DNA from: Macrostomum lignano
Lineage: Eukaryota
Direction: 5' to 3'
Length of the DNA: 64,000 nt
Assembly: GCA_002269645.1 (NCBI GenBank)
Contig: NIVC01000040.1
Span: 434,001-498,000 of the forward strand
Shown here: positions 1 to 58,489 of the stretch, piece after piece
Numbering within the stretch: position 1 is the first letter of the stretch
Layout: each line of letters starts with the position of its first letter
Made by a program: the position numbers and the translations under genes
The notes under the pieces: generated by a model
The model's input: only the letters and a program-made list of their open reading frames with translations
What the model was told of the DNA's origin: nothing
The model's database searches: none

Positions 1-30
1 GACAATAGCTCTACTTGTAGTAGTACAAAC

Positions 31-44274
<44,244 letters not shown>

Positions 44275-44828
44275 ATTGAAAATTTGGCGGATTACTCCTT
44301 AACACTATAAAGATCAATCTAGTTGAGTAAAGCGAAAAAAACAGCTAGCTAACATCTACGCGATAACGGGGAATCGACACTGCTCTTATATCCGCTCAGT
44401 GAAATACAATCTGACTTGATAACAGAGCTAATTTATTCGCGCGTCTGATAGGAATCTACTTTAGATAAATTCTAATTGACAAAGATCTCTTACTAAGCAA
44501 GGTGCAATGCAGCTTAATACAGCTCTCTAGAGTAGTTTTGCTCACTATATACTTGCACACGTACGGAGAGGAAGAATGTCCTAATGCACTAACTCAAGTT
44601 AGCCTACCTATATACATACGTGTAAGCACCTCGACGTTAAACAGAGTGGAGTGGCAGTGAAGACGAGAGACACAGGAGAGCCAGAGGCATGATCGGGAGG
44701 AAAAAAGAGCTTATCTCTTTCTATCTCTACAGTGGATGGAGCTAATTAGATGGGGAGTAAACGCTGACCCTATGCGAGTGGGATCGAATGGGAAAGGGAA
44801 AGACGATTTTAAGGGGGGGGGGATAAAT

Positions 44829-44839
44829 CCCGCCCCAAT
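44829..44839 (-). promoter_or_regulatory. Possible GC-box and CCAAT promoter element upstream of the MLNEE exon
   Basis: Overlapping CCCGCCCC and CCAAT about 530 bp upstream of the 44304 acceptor; motif-only evidence. Confidence 0.2.
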
Positions 44840-44918
44840 CAGGAATCCTCGAACGATATTGTTGGGATTTCTATCCAGTTTTGTCGGCTTTTTGCATAAA
44901 GCTAGGCTATAGTCTATC

Positions 44919-44990
44919 CAGGGGTCCCCAACCTGCGGCCCGCGGGCCGCATGTGGCCCGCGAGCCCTTTTTTTTGGCCCGCGGCACCTT
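44919..44990 (+). mobile_element. Orphan terminus of hAT/Charlie-like DNA transposon
   Basis: CAGGGGTCCCCAACCTGCGGCCCGCGGGCCGCATGTGGCCCGC is the typical Charlie-type terminus with subterminal palindrome; no partner TIR seen. Confidence 0.6.
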
Positions 44991-45728
44991 CCAGTACTAG
45001 ACTCTAGACTGCTATAGTAGATTTTATAAAAAGTAATTTAATTACTGTCTGCAAACAGTATAGATTCAGTATCAGTATGGACAGTTAATGATATTCAAAG
45101 TTTGACTAAGATTAAAAGTACTTTTGGAACCCAGGGGCTTTGAAAGAACTGTGGAGCGATTTCTGACAGATAGAAGCGTTCACTGAAGGGTTAGGGGGTT
45201 GAGCAGTCAGTGCGCCTGAAGGATCGCGGGTTGAGCATTCAGTGCGCCTGAAGTATCAGGGAATTGAGCAGTAAGTGCACCTGAAGGATCAGGGAATTGA
45301 GCAGTCAGTGCACCAGAAGGATCAGGGGATTGAGCAGTCAGTGCACCTGAAGGATCAGGGAATTGAGCAGTCAGTGCACCTGAAGGATCAGGGAATTGAG
45401 CAGTCAGTGCACCTGAAGGATCAGGGAATTGAGCAGTCAGTGCACCTGAAGGATCAGGGAATTGAGCAGTCAGTGCACCTGAAGGATCAGGGCATTGAGC
45501 AGTCAGTGCACCTGAAGGATCAGGGCATTGAGCAGTCAGTGCACCTGAAGGATCAGGGAATTGAGCAGTCAGTGCACCTGAAGGATCAGGGGATTAGGCA
45601 GTCAGTGCACCTGAAGGATCAGGGGATTAAGCAGTCAGTGCACCTGAAGGATCAGGGGATTAGGCAGTCAGTGCACCTGAAGGATCAGGGAATTGAGCAG
45701 TCAGTGCAGCTGAAGGATCAGGGGATTA

Positions 45729-47046
45729 CGAGGGGTGATCAAAAAGTTCTGCAACCTTTTGTTATAGCTTTTAGTTATAGAATCAGCAAAAGCCAAAAAC
45801 TTACACATATGCGGCTATATCTGTTTGCTATATTTTTTGCATTTTTGGCTTCCAAATGTGCTCCATTAAAATTTCACAGCCATATATTTTCCATGTGTTT
45901 TCAGTAGCTGATGGAAACATCAAAAGACAGTGTTCGCTTCTATATCTTTTTGTGCATGCAACTTGGTTGCAAAGTGACAGAGATTCACACCATGTTTTGT
46001 GAATGTTTTAGCTGACTCTGCTCCATCATTTGACACAGTTGCCTGCTGGCTGCGCCATTTCTTGGAAGGCTGGGACAGCTTCAACGATGAACCAAGGTCT
46101 GGCCGACCCCGGACATCCGTGACCGAAGATGTCGTGGCCCATGCCGATGCAATAATTCATGAGGATTGGAGCTTTTTGCTAAGATTCATTGCCTATGAGC
46201 TTGGTGTCAGCTATGGAAGTGCTCATAACATCATGCATGAGCAACTAGGCCGCACAAAGACCTGCGCTCGGTGGGTACCCCATCTTCTCACTCCGGAGCA
46301 GCAAGCAGAGAGGGTGCGCATCTGTCGCTTGTGGCTGCAAATGTTTGAGCCCCACGGCCCACGACAACTGTCAGATGTCATCACAGGAGACAAATGTTGT
46401 ATCTCCTTCTTTACCATGAGGGATAAGCAGTCCAACATGGTCTGGCTGGCAGAAGATGAGCCAAGGCCTGAGGTGCTGAAGACCGGATTCCGCAGTCGGA
46501 AGCGGATGTTCACCATTTTTTTCAACTCTCAGGGTGTTGTATCGGTGAACATCCTTCCAGCGGGTGCCACAGTGACTGCCAGGTACTACACAGACACTGT
46601 TCTGCCAGGCGTGCTGCAGGAGCGGCAGGAACGTGCGCGAACCAAGCATGGACCTCGACTCCTGCTGCACCATGACAATGCGGCACCGCACAGAGCGGCC
46701 TCAACCATGGCGTACCTGGAGCAGCAGGGGGTCCAGCTGCTGCCCCATTCACCCTACTCTCTAGACCTAGCACCTTCCGACTTTTGGCTGTTCCCGAGGA
46801 TCAAATCCGTCATTTCTGGGAGGCCATTTTCACGCATGCAAGACTTTGCCCAAGCGGTAAATTCAGCTCTACAGGGTATACCAACTTTGGAGTACCATGA
46901 CTGCTTTCAGACATGGTGCACACGGATGCGACGGTGCATAGATAGTGGTGGAAACTACTTTAAGGGAATGTGACACTGATTAGACGCCTCGGCTGCTGTA
47001 GCACAGAGTTGTGAGGTCACTTGCAGAACTTTTTGATCACCCCTCG
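45729..47046 (+). mobile_element. Mariner (DD34D) transposon, 1318 bp, inserted in a 33-bp minisatellite
   Basis: Perfect 26-bp TIRs CGAGGGGTGATCAAAAAGTTCTGCAA, TA duplication on both sides. Confidence 0.97.
45911..46973 (+). CDS. Mariner transposase (about 353 aa if one frameshift near 46009 is corrected)
   Basis: WVPHLL, TGD, HHDNA and YSLDLAPSD motifs; 34 residues between second and third Asp. Confidence 0.9.
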
Positions 47047-47610
47047 TAGGCAGTCAGTGCAGCTGAAGGATCAGGGGATTGAGCAGTCAGTGCACCTGAA
47101 GGATCAAGGGATTAGGCTTTAAGTGCACCTGAAGGATCAGGGAATTGAGCAGTAAGTGCACCTGAAGGATCAGGGAATTGAGCAGTCAGTGCACCAGAAG
47201 GATCAGGGCATTGAGCAGTCAGTGCACCTGAAGGATCAGGGCATTGAGCAGTCAGTGCACCTGAAGGATCAGGGAATTGAGCAGTCAGTGCACCTGAAGG
47301 ATCAGGGCATTGAGCAGTCAGTGCGCCTGAAGGATCAGGGGATTGAGCAGTCAGTGCACCTGAAGGATCAGGGAATTGAGCAGTCAGTGCACCTGAAGGA
47401 TCAGGGGATTGAGCATTCAGTGCACCTGAAGGATCAGGGAATTGAGCAGTCAGTGCACCTGAAGGATCAGGGCATTGAGCAGTCAGTGCAGCTGAAGGAT
47501 CAGGGAATTGAGCAGTCAGTGCACCTGAAGGATCAGGGCATTAAGCAGCATAGATGAAGGATGTTTAGAATCTATAAACAAGAACACAATCGCCAAATAA
47601 GATAACTCAC

Positions 47611-47622
47611 CCCTTCAGGCAT
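47611..47622 (-). CDS. Possible alternative ankyrin start exon (MPEG) or 5'UTR exon
   Basis: ATG CCT GAA GGG|GTGAGT, phase 0; weak acceptor near 47661. Confidence 0.3.
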
Positions 47623-48919
47623 TTCCGGACTTGGATTTTTAAAACATATAACCAGCCAAGCTAACTAATCTGACTAAAGAAAGGTCAAGCGGGCAATAAA
47701 ACTGTTTAGCAAGGCCAAATGTTTTCTATTCACTTAGTTTCTCACCGACAAGAGCTAAAAATAAATTTAATTCGAAAATTAACCTGCAACTTACAAGATC
47801 TATAATTCCTAAAGTTACACTAACAGAGCTCGATTTCGTATTTTGGCTTGCTCTCAATTTCTCTCTCTCCCTCCTCTCCACCTCTCTTCCTCTCATTTAT
47901 TATTCAACGAAGCGCAGTTCAAGTCAAGTCAGTGTGTCGCGCAGAGCATACAATTATAGCTGATTTGAGAGCGAGAGCTTAGTTGCGAATTGTGTGCGCC
48001 TGTGCATGGAAGTCATTGCTGAGAGTTTAGTAACAGGCGCAGAGAAAAACACGATATATAAATGTATGTAGGTATATGTATAAACCCCTATGTCATGCTA
48101 TTATTCAAGACCAGATAGTTAATAACAACTAAGACAGAGTACCATTTTGAGCTCTAACTCTTCGCTCAAAAGCCACCGTATTAACTATTAATCATTTTAT
48201 AGTCTAAATACAATACAGGCTTTACAGCTAGAAAAACAATAATCTAATTAATAACATTAGAAATACGAGCTAAAAACATAAAACGCTAAACATGCCTACT
48301 ATAAGTAGCTAGTTCAGACGAAAAAATGGCACAACCCAGAAAAATGACACCGAGTTAATTTAGCCTACCTAGGACAAGTTTTTTAACGTCTCAATCAGTA
48401 AAGCTTCTTTTTTTAAAGAGAAGAGACAAGAAACACAGGGAAAAACTTGAGCGATTTTGAGACTAAATTCTAGCCACAGGAACGCAACACATACTAATAC
48501 GTGCATATGCGATAAGAATGAAAACCCGACAGTTTAAATAGATAGATAAAAATGACCAGAAATCTTGGCTCCTATACAGTCGTAAAAAAGGCAGTATACT
48601 AAACAACTAGCGAGCCCCATTAATGAAAGACTGAAGGCCCAATCTTGAGTTTCTTGCTATCCAAATCGCATCTGCATTATGGGAGAGATTGAGCAAATAA
48701 TCTGAGTAATTTAAACACACAGTCAGCTAGATTTCATATAACGGAGGACCAATTTTCAAATTTACAAATAAAATGAGGCCACACACAACGTTATACATCT
48801 AGAGTAAGGAACTCCGCAACATTGGGTATACTGCTCTACTTTAATGGGAGAGCCTTCCAGAGAAGGTCTTGAGGGTCTCATTGAAAATGAAGGAGACATA
48901 TTTTGTGGAAAAAATCTAG

Positions 48920-49335
48920 TATTTGGCGCTTAATTGGCGCTAAAAATTTCGTCTATGGCGCCTAATTAGCGAAAAAAAATCACATCTGCGGCGCTAAATT
49001 CGCGCTAAAAATCTCGTTTGTGGCGCTTAATTAGTATTAAAACGCCTTCTGTGGCGCTTAATTAGCGCTAAAACCCCCTCTGTGGCGCTTAATTGGCGCT
49101 AAAACACCCTCTGTGGCGCTAACAATCCTCTGTGGCGCTTAATTGGCGCTAAAAACCCCTCTGTGGCGCTTAATTAGCGCTAAACCCCCCTCTGTGGCGT
49201 TTAATTAGCGCTAAACCCCCCTCTGTGGCGCTTAATTAGCGCTAAAAACCCCCTCTGTGGCGCTTAATTGGCGCTAAAACACCCTCTGTGGCGCTAACAA
49301 TCCTCTGTGGCGCTTAATTGGCGCTAAAAACCCCT
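48920..49335. repeat. About 31-bp minisatellite CTCTGTGGCGCTTAATTAGCGCTAAAACCCC
   Basis: About 13 units. Confidence 0.92.
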
Positions 49336-49345
49336 CTATAAATCA

Positions 49346-49378
<33 letters not shown>

Positions 49379-50669
49379 TTTGAGCGACTATTCCATATCC
49401 ATACAGTCGCCAAGCCTGGTTTCTAATAATTATTCTTCTTAAGTGTAGCTGCGATCCTTAAATCTTCATCAAAAAAGATTTAATACGGCACGCAGAGCCA
49501 TAAAAATAGCCGGATACAAGGAGATCATAATTATAAAATCTGGAGTAGACCCTTTCATTTACAATGCTGAAGTTGATTATCAGGAGAAATTGAAGAAATT
49601 GCAGAAGGGCTACGACCACCATGGCGCAACGCCTTCGCCGACATTGTCCTATACAAACCAATTTCTAATCGTCAGACATGTACACTCTCAGTGCCCTGGG
49701 GGCAGGCCCTCATAGGTGACTCTGGGATTTTAGCATCCCTTAGTTGGGGTAGACCTACACCAAATTCTGTCTTAAGTTCTCCTCGGTTTCTCCTCGAAGG
49801 GGAAGCCTAAGTGTTGCTTTGAACTCCCCAAACAGACCGAGCCAATCAACCACCCCAATCTCATTTTAGTGCAGACTTGCGCGAACCTCTTTCGCCCAAG
49901 CCAACCCTCCCCCCCACCCATCGAATACCTTCCCACTCGTGCATTCCCAACCAACCCTCCAAACCATATACTATACTATGCCATGCCAGACGTCTTTTTT
50001 TGGAGCCAGCCAGTTGAAGAACGGACAGAGGAGAAGAGGGGAAGAGAGGGAGATGGGGATAGACAGACATAGAATGGTCTGGTCATGGCGATGGAGCGGA
50101 GAGAGGAAAGAGGATGCAAAGAGAGAGAGAGAGAAAATCGATACCTTATAGGGCATACATAGTAGACCCTTCATTCCAATCCGTTCAGACTTCAGACGCC
50201 AGCCACCTCCCCTCCCAAAACCCGCCACCCCTAAAAGCAGAAACCAAAGCCACTGGCTTCGCTATACATAATATTATTTTCTGCTTACTTTTATAAGAAT
50301 ATATTGCGCATATCTCTGCTATGCGTGGAAGTCACGAACGAAGCAGCAAATTGGAAAGAAAAAGAGAGGGAGGGCGACTGTAAAGCAGAAATTGTGCGCA
50401 AAAGTCAAAACATTGGGGCGCATATTCTGAAAAGAAAGCTTAGTAATAATATACTAAATATGCTGTCTGTACTGAATAGTTATAGGGTAAACTAAAAATG
50501 ATGAGACCCTAACAGACGAGAAAATCAAAACCATCCCAATGCAGACAAACATCTATTTTCTTTGAACAACAATTCATATTAATATTTACTGGCGCATCCC
50601 AAAAGCTCTATTTCAAACATCATGCAAATCACATGCATTATACCGTTAATCGCAAGTGATACTAAATAA

Positions 50670-53600
50670 CATAAACCATCAATAGAATCGCACATAAACC
50701 ATCAATAGAATCGCACATAAACCATCAATAGAATCGCACATAAACCATCAATAGAATCGCACATAAACCATCAATAGAATCGCACATAAACCATCAATAG
50801 AATCGCACATAAACCATCAATAGAATCGCACATAAACCATCAATAGAATCGCACATAAACCATCAATAGAATCGCACATAAACCATCAATAGAATCGCAC
50901 ATAAACCATCAATAGAATCGCACATAAACCATCAATAGAATCGCACATAAACCATCAATAGAATCGCACATAAACCATCAATAGAATCGCACATAAACCA
51001 TCAATAGAATCGCACATAAACCATCAATAGAATCGCACATAAACCATCCCTACAATTGCCCATAAACCATCCCTACAATTGCCCATAAACCATCCCTACA
51101 ATTGCCAATAAACCATCCCTACAATTGCCCATAAACCATCCCTACAATTGCCCATAAACCATCCCTACAATTGCCCATAAACCATCCCTACAATTGCCCA
51201 TAAACCATCAATAGAATCGCACATAAACCATCAATAGAATCGCACATAAACCATCAATAGAATCGCACATAAACCATCAATAGAATCGCACATAAACCAT
51301 CCCTACAATTGCCCATAAACCATCCCTACAATTGCCCATAAACCATCCCTACAATTGTCAATAAACCATCCCTACAATTGCCCATAAACCATCCCTACAA
51401 TTGCACATAAACCATCAATAGAATCGCACATAAAACATTCAATAGAATCGCACATAAACCATCAATAGAATCGCACATAAACCATCAATAGAATCGCACA
51501 TAAACCATCAATAGAATCGCACATAAACCATCAATAGAATCGCACATAAACCATCAATAGAATCGCACATAAACCATCAATAGAATCGCACATAAACCAT
51601 CAATAGAATCGCACATAAACCATCAATAGAATCGCACATAAACCATCAATAGAATCGCACATAAACCATCAATAGAATCGCACATAAACCATCAATAGAA
51701 TCGCACATAAACCATCCCTACAATTGCCCATAAACCATCCCTACAATTGCCCATAAACCATCCCTACAATTGCCAATAAACCATCCCTACAATTGCCCAT
51801 AAACCATCCCTACAATTGCCCATAAACCATCCCTACAATTGCCCATAAACCATCAATAGAATCGCACATAAACCATCAATAGAATCGCACATAAACCATC
51901 AATAGAATCGCACATAAACCATCAATAGAATCGCACATAAACCATCCCTACAATTGCCCATAAACCATCCCTACAATTGCCCATAAACCATCCCTACAAT
52001 TGCCAATAAACCATCCCTACAATTGCCCATAAACCATCCCTACAATTGCACATAAACCATCAATAGAATCGCACATAAACCATCAATAGAATCGCACATA
52101 AACCATCAATAGAATCGCACATAAACCATCAATAGAATCGCACATAAACTATCAATAGAATTGCACATAAACCATCAATAGAATCGCACATAAACCATCA
52201 ATAGAATCGCACATAAACTATCAATAGAATTGCACATAAACCATCAATAGAATCGCACATAAACCATCAATAGAATCGCACATAAACTATCAATAGAATT
52301 GCACATAAACCATCAATAGAATTGCACATAAACCATCAATAGAATCGCACATAAACCATCAATAGAATCGCACATAAACTATCAATAGAATCGCACATAA
52401 ACTATCAATAGAATTGCACATAAACCATCAATAGAATTGCACATAAACCATCAATAGAATCGCACATAAACCATCAATAGAATCGCACATAAACCATCAA
52501 TAGAATCGCACATAAACCATCCCTACAATTGCCCATAAACCATCCCTACAATTGCCCATAAACCATCCCTACAATTGCCAATAAACCATCCCTACAATTG
52601 CCCATAAACCATCCCTACAATTGCACATAAACCATCAATAGAATTGCACATAAACCATCAATAGAATCGCACATAAACCATCAATAGAATCGCACATAAA
52701 CCATCAATAGAATCGCACATAAACCATCAATAGAATCGCACATAAACCATCAATAGAATCGCACATAAAACATTCAATAGAATCGCACATAAACCATCAA
52801 TAGAATCGCACATAAACCATCAATAGAATCGCACATAAACCATCAATAGAATCGCACATAAAACATTCAATAGAATCGCACATAAAACATTCAATAGAAT
52901 CGCACATAAAACATTCAATAGAATCGCACATAAACCATCAATAGAATCGCACATAAAACATTCAATAGAATCGCACATAAACCATCAATAGAATCGCACA
53001 TAAACCATCAATAGAATCGCACATAAACCATCAATAGAATCGCACATAAACCATCAATAGAATCGCACATAAACTATCAATAGAATCGCACATAAACTAT
53101 CAATAGAATTGCACATAAACCATCAATAGAATTGCACATAAACCATCAATAGAATCGCACATAAACCATCAATAGAATCGCACATAAACCATCAATAGAA
53201 TCGCACATAAACCATCCCTACAATTGCCCATAAACCATCCCTACAATTGCCCATAAACCATCCCTACAATTGCCAATAAACCATCCCTACAATTGCCCAT
53301 AAACCATCCCTACAATTGCACATAAACCATCAATAGAATTGCACATAAACCATCAATAGAATCGCACATAAACCATCAATAGAATCGCACATAAACTATC
53401 AATAGAATTGCACATAAACCATCAATAGAATCGCACATAAACCATCAATAGAATCGCACATAAACCATCAATAGAATCGCACATAAACCATCAATAGAAT
53501 CGCACATAAAACATTCAATAGAATCGCACATAAACCATCAATAGAATCGCACATAAACCATCAATAGAATCGCACATAAACCATCAATAGAATCGCACAT

Positions 53601-54185
53601 AAAACATTCAATAGAATCGCACATAAAACATTCAATAGAATCGCACATAAAACATTCAATAGAATCGCACATAAACCATCAATAGAATCGCACATAAAAC
53701 ATTCAATAGAATCGCACATAAACCATCAATAGAATCGCACATAAACCATCAATAGAATCGCACATAAACCATCAATAGAATCGCACATAAACCATCAATA
53801 GAATCGCACATAAAACATTCAATAGAATCGCACATAAAACATTCAATAGAATCGCACATAAACCATCAATAGAATCGCACATAAACCATCAATAGAATCG
53901 CACATAAACCATCAATAGAATCGCACATAAAACATTCAATAGAATCGCACATAAACCATCAATAGAATCGCACATAAACCATCAACAGAATCGCCCATAA
54001 ACCATCCCTAGAATTGCCCATAAGCCATCAACAGAATCGCCCATAAACCATCCCTAGAATTGCCCATAAGCCATCAACAGAATCGCCCATAAACCATCCC
54101 TAGAATTGCCCTTAAGCCATCAACAGAATCGCCCATAAACCATCCCTAGAATTGCCATAAGCCACCCCAAGAATCGCCCATAAAC
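50670..54185. repeat. 3.5-kb 23-bp two-monomer minisatellite
   Basis: Monomer A ATAAACCATCAATAGAATCGCAC and monomer B ATAAACCATCCCTACAATTGCCC in alternating blocks. Confidence 0.97.
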
Positions 54186-55871
54186 CATTAATAGAATAGC
54201 CCAAAAACGACCAAAACAATCGCCTATAAACAATCCTTAGAACAAAAAATATTGAAAAAATCAGACAATACTTGATACTCAAAGTGGAAATTGTCATCAT
54301 GTCAACTAAATCTTATGTTACAAGGTAATAAAGCTTTTGCATAGCTTTAAGTCAAAAGTCAAAGAATCAATATTAAGCCTGATTTTACATTTTAGTTTAT
54401 TAACAAACTATTTGTCATTAGGTATATAACTCAGTCCTTACTTAATATATAATCTTTTTATAAGACTTTTGTAGCAAATGTACAATACATACATTCAAAC
54501 TTTACTTCAAATTAGTTTATTTCGTTTACCAGTATATATATATACTAATTTCCAAAACTGAAGATTTTAAGCTTTTTTAACTTATTCTGAAAGCCTAATG
54601 ATTTACTAGGCTGTTTCTATTGACAAAATACCCACAGTTTGAAAGGCAACATGTATGCCAAGATTTCCTACCATACAAATACTTGCTATTTTTAGCATAC
54701 ATCAAAGTATATCCTAGCATACATGATAGAGTGGAAAATTTTTAGCTTAAATTAAAGTGACTTTACATAAGATACACTATATACAATACAATCAAAACCA
54801 AACAACTAGAATAAAAAATAATCTGAAAATTAGCACCTTAAAAAATTATTTTACAAAAATTTTAAACAAAATAAAAGTATTCAAAGTATTTCTTTTATAA
54901 TTGTCATCTATTAGTGAGCATTGCAAATATGCATAATCATAAAGTTTGTAATTGCATAAATTATGAATTCATTTCAAACAGAGCAAAACAAAAAGTTTTT
55001 AGTCTTGGCATAAAACAAGGTCCTATACTTTTTCTTCTACTAGACTTGGCATTCACTAATACACAATTTGAACTATGGCAAGTTGGAAATACACATATCA
55101 TAAAATAATAGTCATAAGATTGCTCTTAGCCAATAGCAACTTATATTTATATGTTGCTAATAGAAATGGCTAGTTCATTCCCAAGGTTGTGCATATATAC
55201 CTAAATAGTATGAGATATTTTCTACAAGATGTTTTGGTAACAGATTACAAAAGAGAGCTCTTAACTTTTTATAGCCTAGGCATATAGAATTGCTTTGCAT
55301 TTATAGAATTGAACCTGAATTTAAATTCTATTCTTGAACTTAAATTTAAGATTTTTTAAATTGATCATATAAACATACCTTACACTCCAGATCATGTATT
55401 ATACACCCAAATTTTTGGGCATAGATTGGCCTTGCATACCAAAAGCAGGCATGCACAGTTGGCGTGCATCATTCCCAAGAAAATAATGTGCATGCACACC
55501 TGGAGTGCACTTAGAATATAGATGTGATATAGAATCATGCATAAATTTTAAGCTTTCTAGGTTTTTTAAGCTTGTAATAAAAAGTTTAAACAAATCTTTG
55601 TATGTATCAATTTTCCACTATAAATATCATTGCCAAAAATGCATAAAAATCAACCAAATTATTTGTCAAAAGGGGTCTATTATGCAACTCAAAAAAGACA
55701 TTTATTGTCGCAACACTGGCATAGTTTTAAGAATGGGCATGCACTCAATTCTTTTTTGTTGTGCATTTATAATTATTGAATTTTTGTTTGAGCGTGCACC
55801 TAGCATGATCTGGACTATGGCATATACCTAATGACAAACCATTTTAGTATTTAGAATACTTCTTCAATATA

Positions 55872-56832
55872 CAAGGGTCATCCCAAAAGTTTCAGCAAAT
55901 GCCTATTAATTTTCAACAAACGAGTGTCAGTACAATGAACATGTCAAAAACCTTCAGAATAACTTTTGTTGACTTGAATTGTGCACTCCCAGCAGCCAGG
56001 CAACTTCTGAATGCTGTCAGCAGCGCCAGATTTGCACAGGTCTTTTGCAATGCAGCCGACCTCGCTGAACAGGTCATCAGGGCAATGGAAACGATGCCCT
56101 TGGAGCTGGTTCTTAAGCTTCGGAAAAAGGTCGAAATCACAGGGACTGAGGTCTGGGGAGTAAGGAGGATGAGGCAGCACCTCCCACTGGTAGTCCCGCA
56201 GTAGGTCCTGCACAATGCAGGCTGTGGCGAACTGGCATTGTCGTGCAGAAGGAGTGGACCAAGTTCCAGGGTCTGTGGCCACTTTTTGCACAAGGCAGGC
56301 CGAAGATGGTAAATAATGAAGCTCAACGAGGGGATTCCGGACAGCTCAGCCATTTCTTCGCATGTCTAATGACGATCGATGTTCAGCAGCCCTTGGATCA
56401 ACTAGATGTTCGACTCTGTGCGAGCTTCTTTTGGCCTTCCTCGTCCTTGACATCATCCTTGACATCAGAGCGGCCATTCTTGAATCGACTGTACCAGTTG
56501 TACATGGCTCGCTGGCTCATCGCATTTGGCCCATGGGCCTGCAGCAACTGACGGTGAATTTGAGCTGCAGGGACACCACGAAGACATTCCGTTTTAATGT
56601 TTGAGCGCTGCTCCAAATTCAACGGAAATTCCATTTTATTGTTGTCGGCCAATGTTAGATTTAGTATCTCACAAAATGTTCTTTAGAAAACAGAATTTTG
56701 AAGCTAAAATGCTAAAAACTTACTCAGACACCCAAAATATGCTTATCTTTCGTGTGGTATAAGTGCTATAGTCCTAAAAGTTGTCTATGGCACAAAATCA
56801 TTCGATTGCTGAAACTTTTGGGATGACCCTCA
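55872..56832 (-). mobile_element. Internally deleted mariner, 961 bp, non-autonomous
   Basis: 27-bp TIRs (CAAGGGTCATCCCAAAAGTTTCAGCAA, mismatched at two terminal bases), TA flanks; N-terminal HTH fragment (56398-56652) and C-terminal LLLHDNA / PYSPDLSPCDF fragments; WVPHEL region and first Asp missing. Confidence 0.93.
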
Positions 56833-58489
56833 TACATGTATAGATACAAATACTAGCCTATAATATATATAATGCATGTACATTTATTATATTAACTTTA
56901 AGATAGGTTTATTCTACTCAGTGAACATTGCATATATTTGTGAATATATTGTGAATATTTGTGTATATTTCATTCAAGTTCATTTAGTTGAATTATTGAG
57001 AAATTATATGGTCTTAACAAAGTCATATCTTTCCTAATTAAAAAATTATGTACAATATAATTTTATACCTAGACACCTAGCATGCCATAGTTTAGATTGT
57101 GTATTAGTTTATACAGGTTTAATACCATAAAAATGATGAGACCTTGTTGTACACCTGGTTGGTATGCCAATACAAAAAATTGACATTTGTCATAATATAT
57201 CTGCTGTATCATGTATGCCAGGATATACCTTGATATATGCTGAAAAATGGTAAGACTCTTGTTGTACACCAGGAAATCCTAACATATATGTTGCTTTCCA
57301 AACTATGGCTAGTATATACAGGCCCTTATAACTTATGATAGACTGAATATAGATTTTACAAGTTTCTAAAACCTAATCCGAATGAACACAAAAATTTCAA
57401 ATCTAAATCTAAACATTCAAATGTGTTTTTTAATGTAGACAAAAAGTGAAAGGTAAATGGCAGGAGTAACTATGACAAAAACTATGAAAAGTGACAAAAA
57501 AGCCTCATCATCTGATTAGTAATCACATTGTGCTATACCTTAATTTATTGACAAGATTTAATCTATCTTGGGCTTATACTATATCTATCTAGTATAAATT
57601 GAATTGAGCTTAGAATTGAACTCAATTCCTATATATCTAATCTAAACTGATTCTAATTATTGACATTACATTTGTGCATTTTGATAGCTTTACTATGTAC
57701 AGTGAATGTACATAGTCTGTTGCATTTGTATTTTGAAAAAAAACCAAGTGAGGATTATACTGATACACTAATACTAATAAACAATGATACCTAAAAATGT
57801 TTTTGCAACTTTAGGTTAAATACCTCAAAGGTCCCAAAAAAGACTTTTTAAAAATATGTTTTTGAAAAAACAGACAATTGCAAAAACAAACAATACAATA
57901 TTAAATTTTACGTTTTTTTAATTTACTTTCTCTTCAAAAGCTTTTTCTTTTATTTTTAGCATAAATTTGCTTTGATTTTTTTTATTTTTTTCATATTTGA
58001 AAACACACTCAGAAATTTGGAAAAATTTCCAAATCCAAAACATTCAAATTTCTAAAAAAATGAGACTTTCGGAGTCCAAATCCAAATATTTTGATCTATC
58101 ACTAGCCCCCCCCCCCTTACTTATAACATAATTAAGCAAGCTTTCTCGCATTTGAATTCTTAAAGCTTTTAAAGATTTCTGAAATTTTCAGTTTTAACAG
58201 ACAAACCTTCTGGCACCTATGGCTGCATAGTAAAAAACTTTAAATTAAAAATTTTACTTGACAAAATATGTACTTTAGAGAATGTCTTACATTAGATCAT
58301 AGGTTATGGGTACTAGCTTGACTTGAACCAAATGTCTTATTAAACGAAATATCTTTTGAGGGTGAGGTGGCTCGTACAAAAATCTTAGCTTGAAGTATGA
58401 AAGACGCACCCCATAAAACATTGACACAGAATAGAGGAGTATAGTGCAGTATTTTAAGCAAATATTGACAGTTAGGCCTACATACTTAC

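Larger units (their letters stand above)
45185..47545. repeat. 33-bp minisatellite GTGCACCTGAAGGATCAGGGAATTGAGCAGTCA, split by the mariner
   Basis: Units at 45185-45728 and 47049-47545. Confidence 0.96.

Noticed and set aside
45275-47557. HLKDQGIEQSV repeat ORFs
   Set aside because: 33-bp minisatellite; interrupted by the mariner.
49458-49661. Possible upstream ankyrin exon
   Set aside because: The donor phase does not produce an open frame with the downstream exons.
50670-54185. CRISPR-like appearance of regular arrays here and elsewhere
   Set aside because: Head-to-tail monomers without unique spacers, no cas genes, eukaryotic intron context.
55386-55814. 11-bp inverted repeat TCCAGATCATG suggesting a MITE
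   Set aside because: No TSD and no extended TIR; could be chance.
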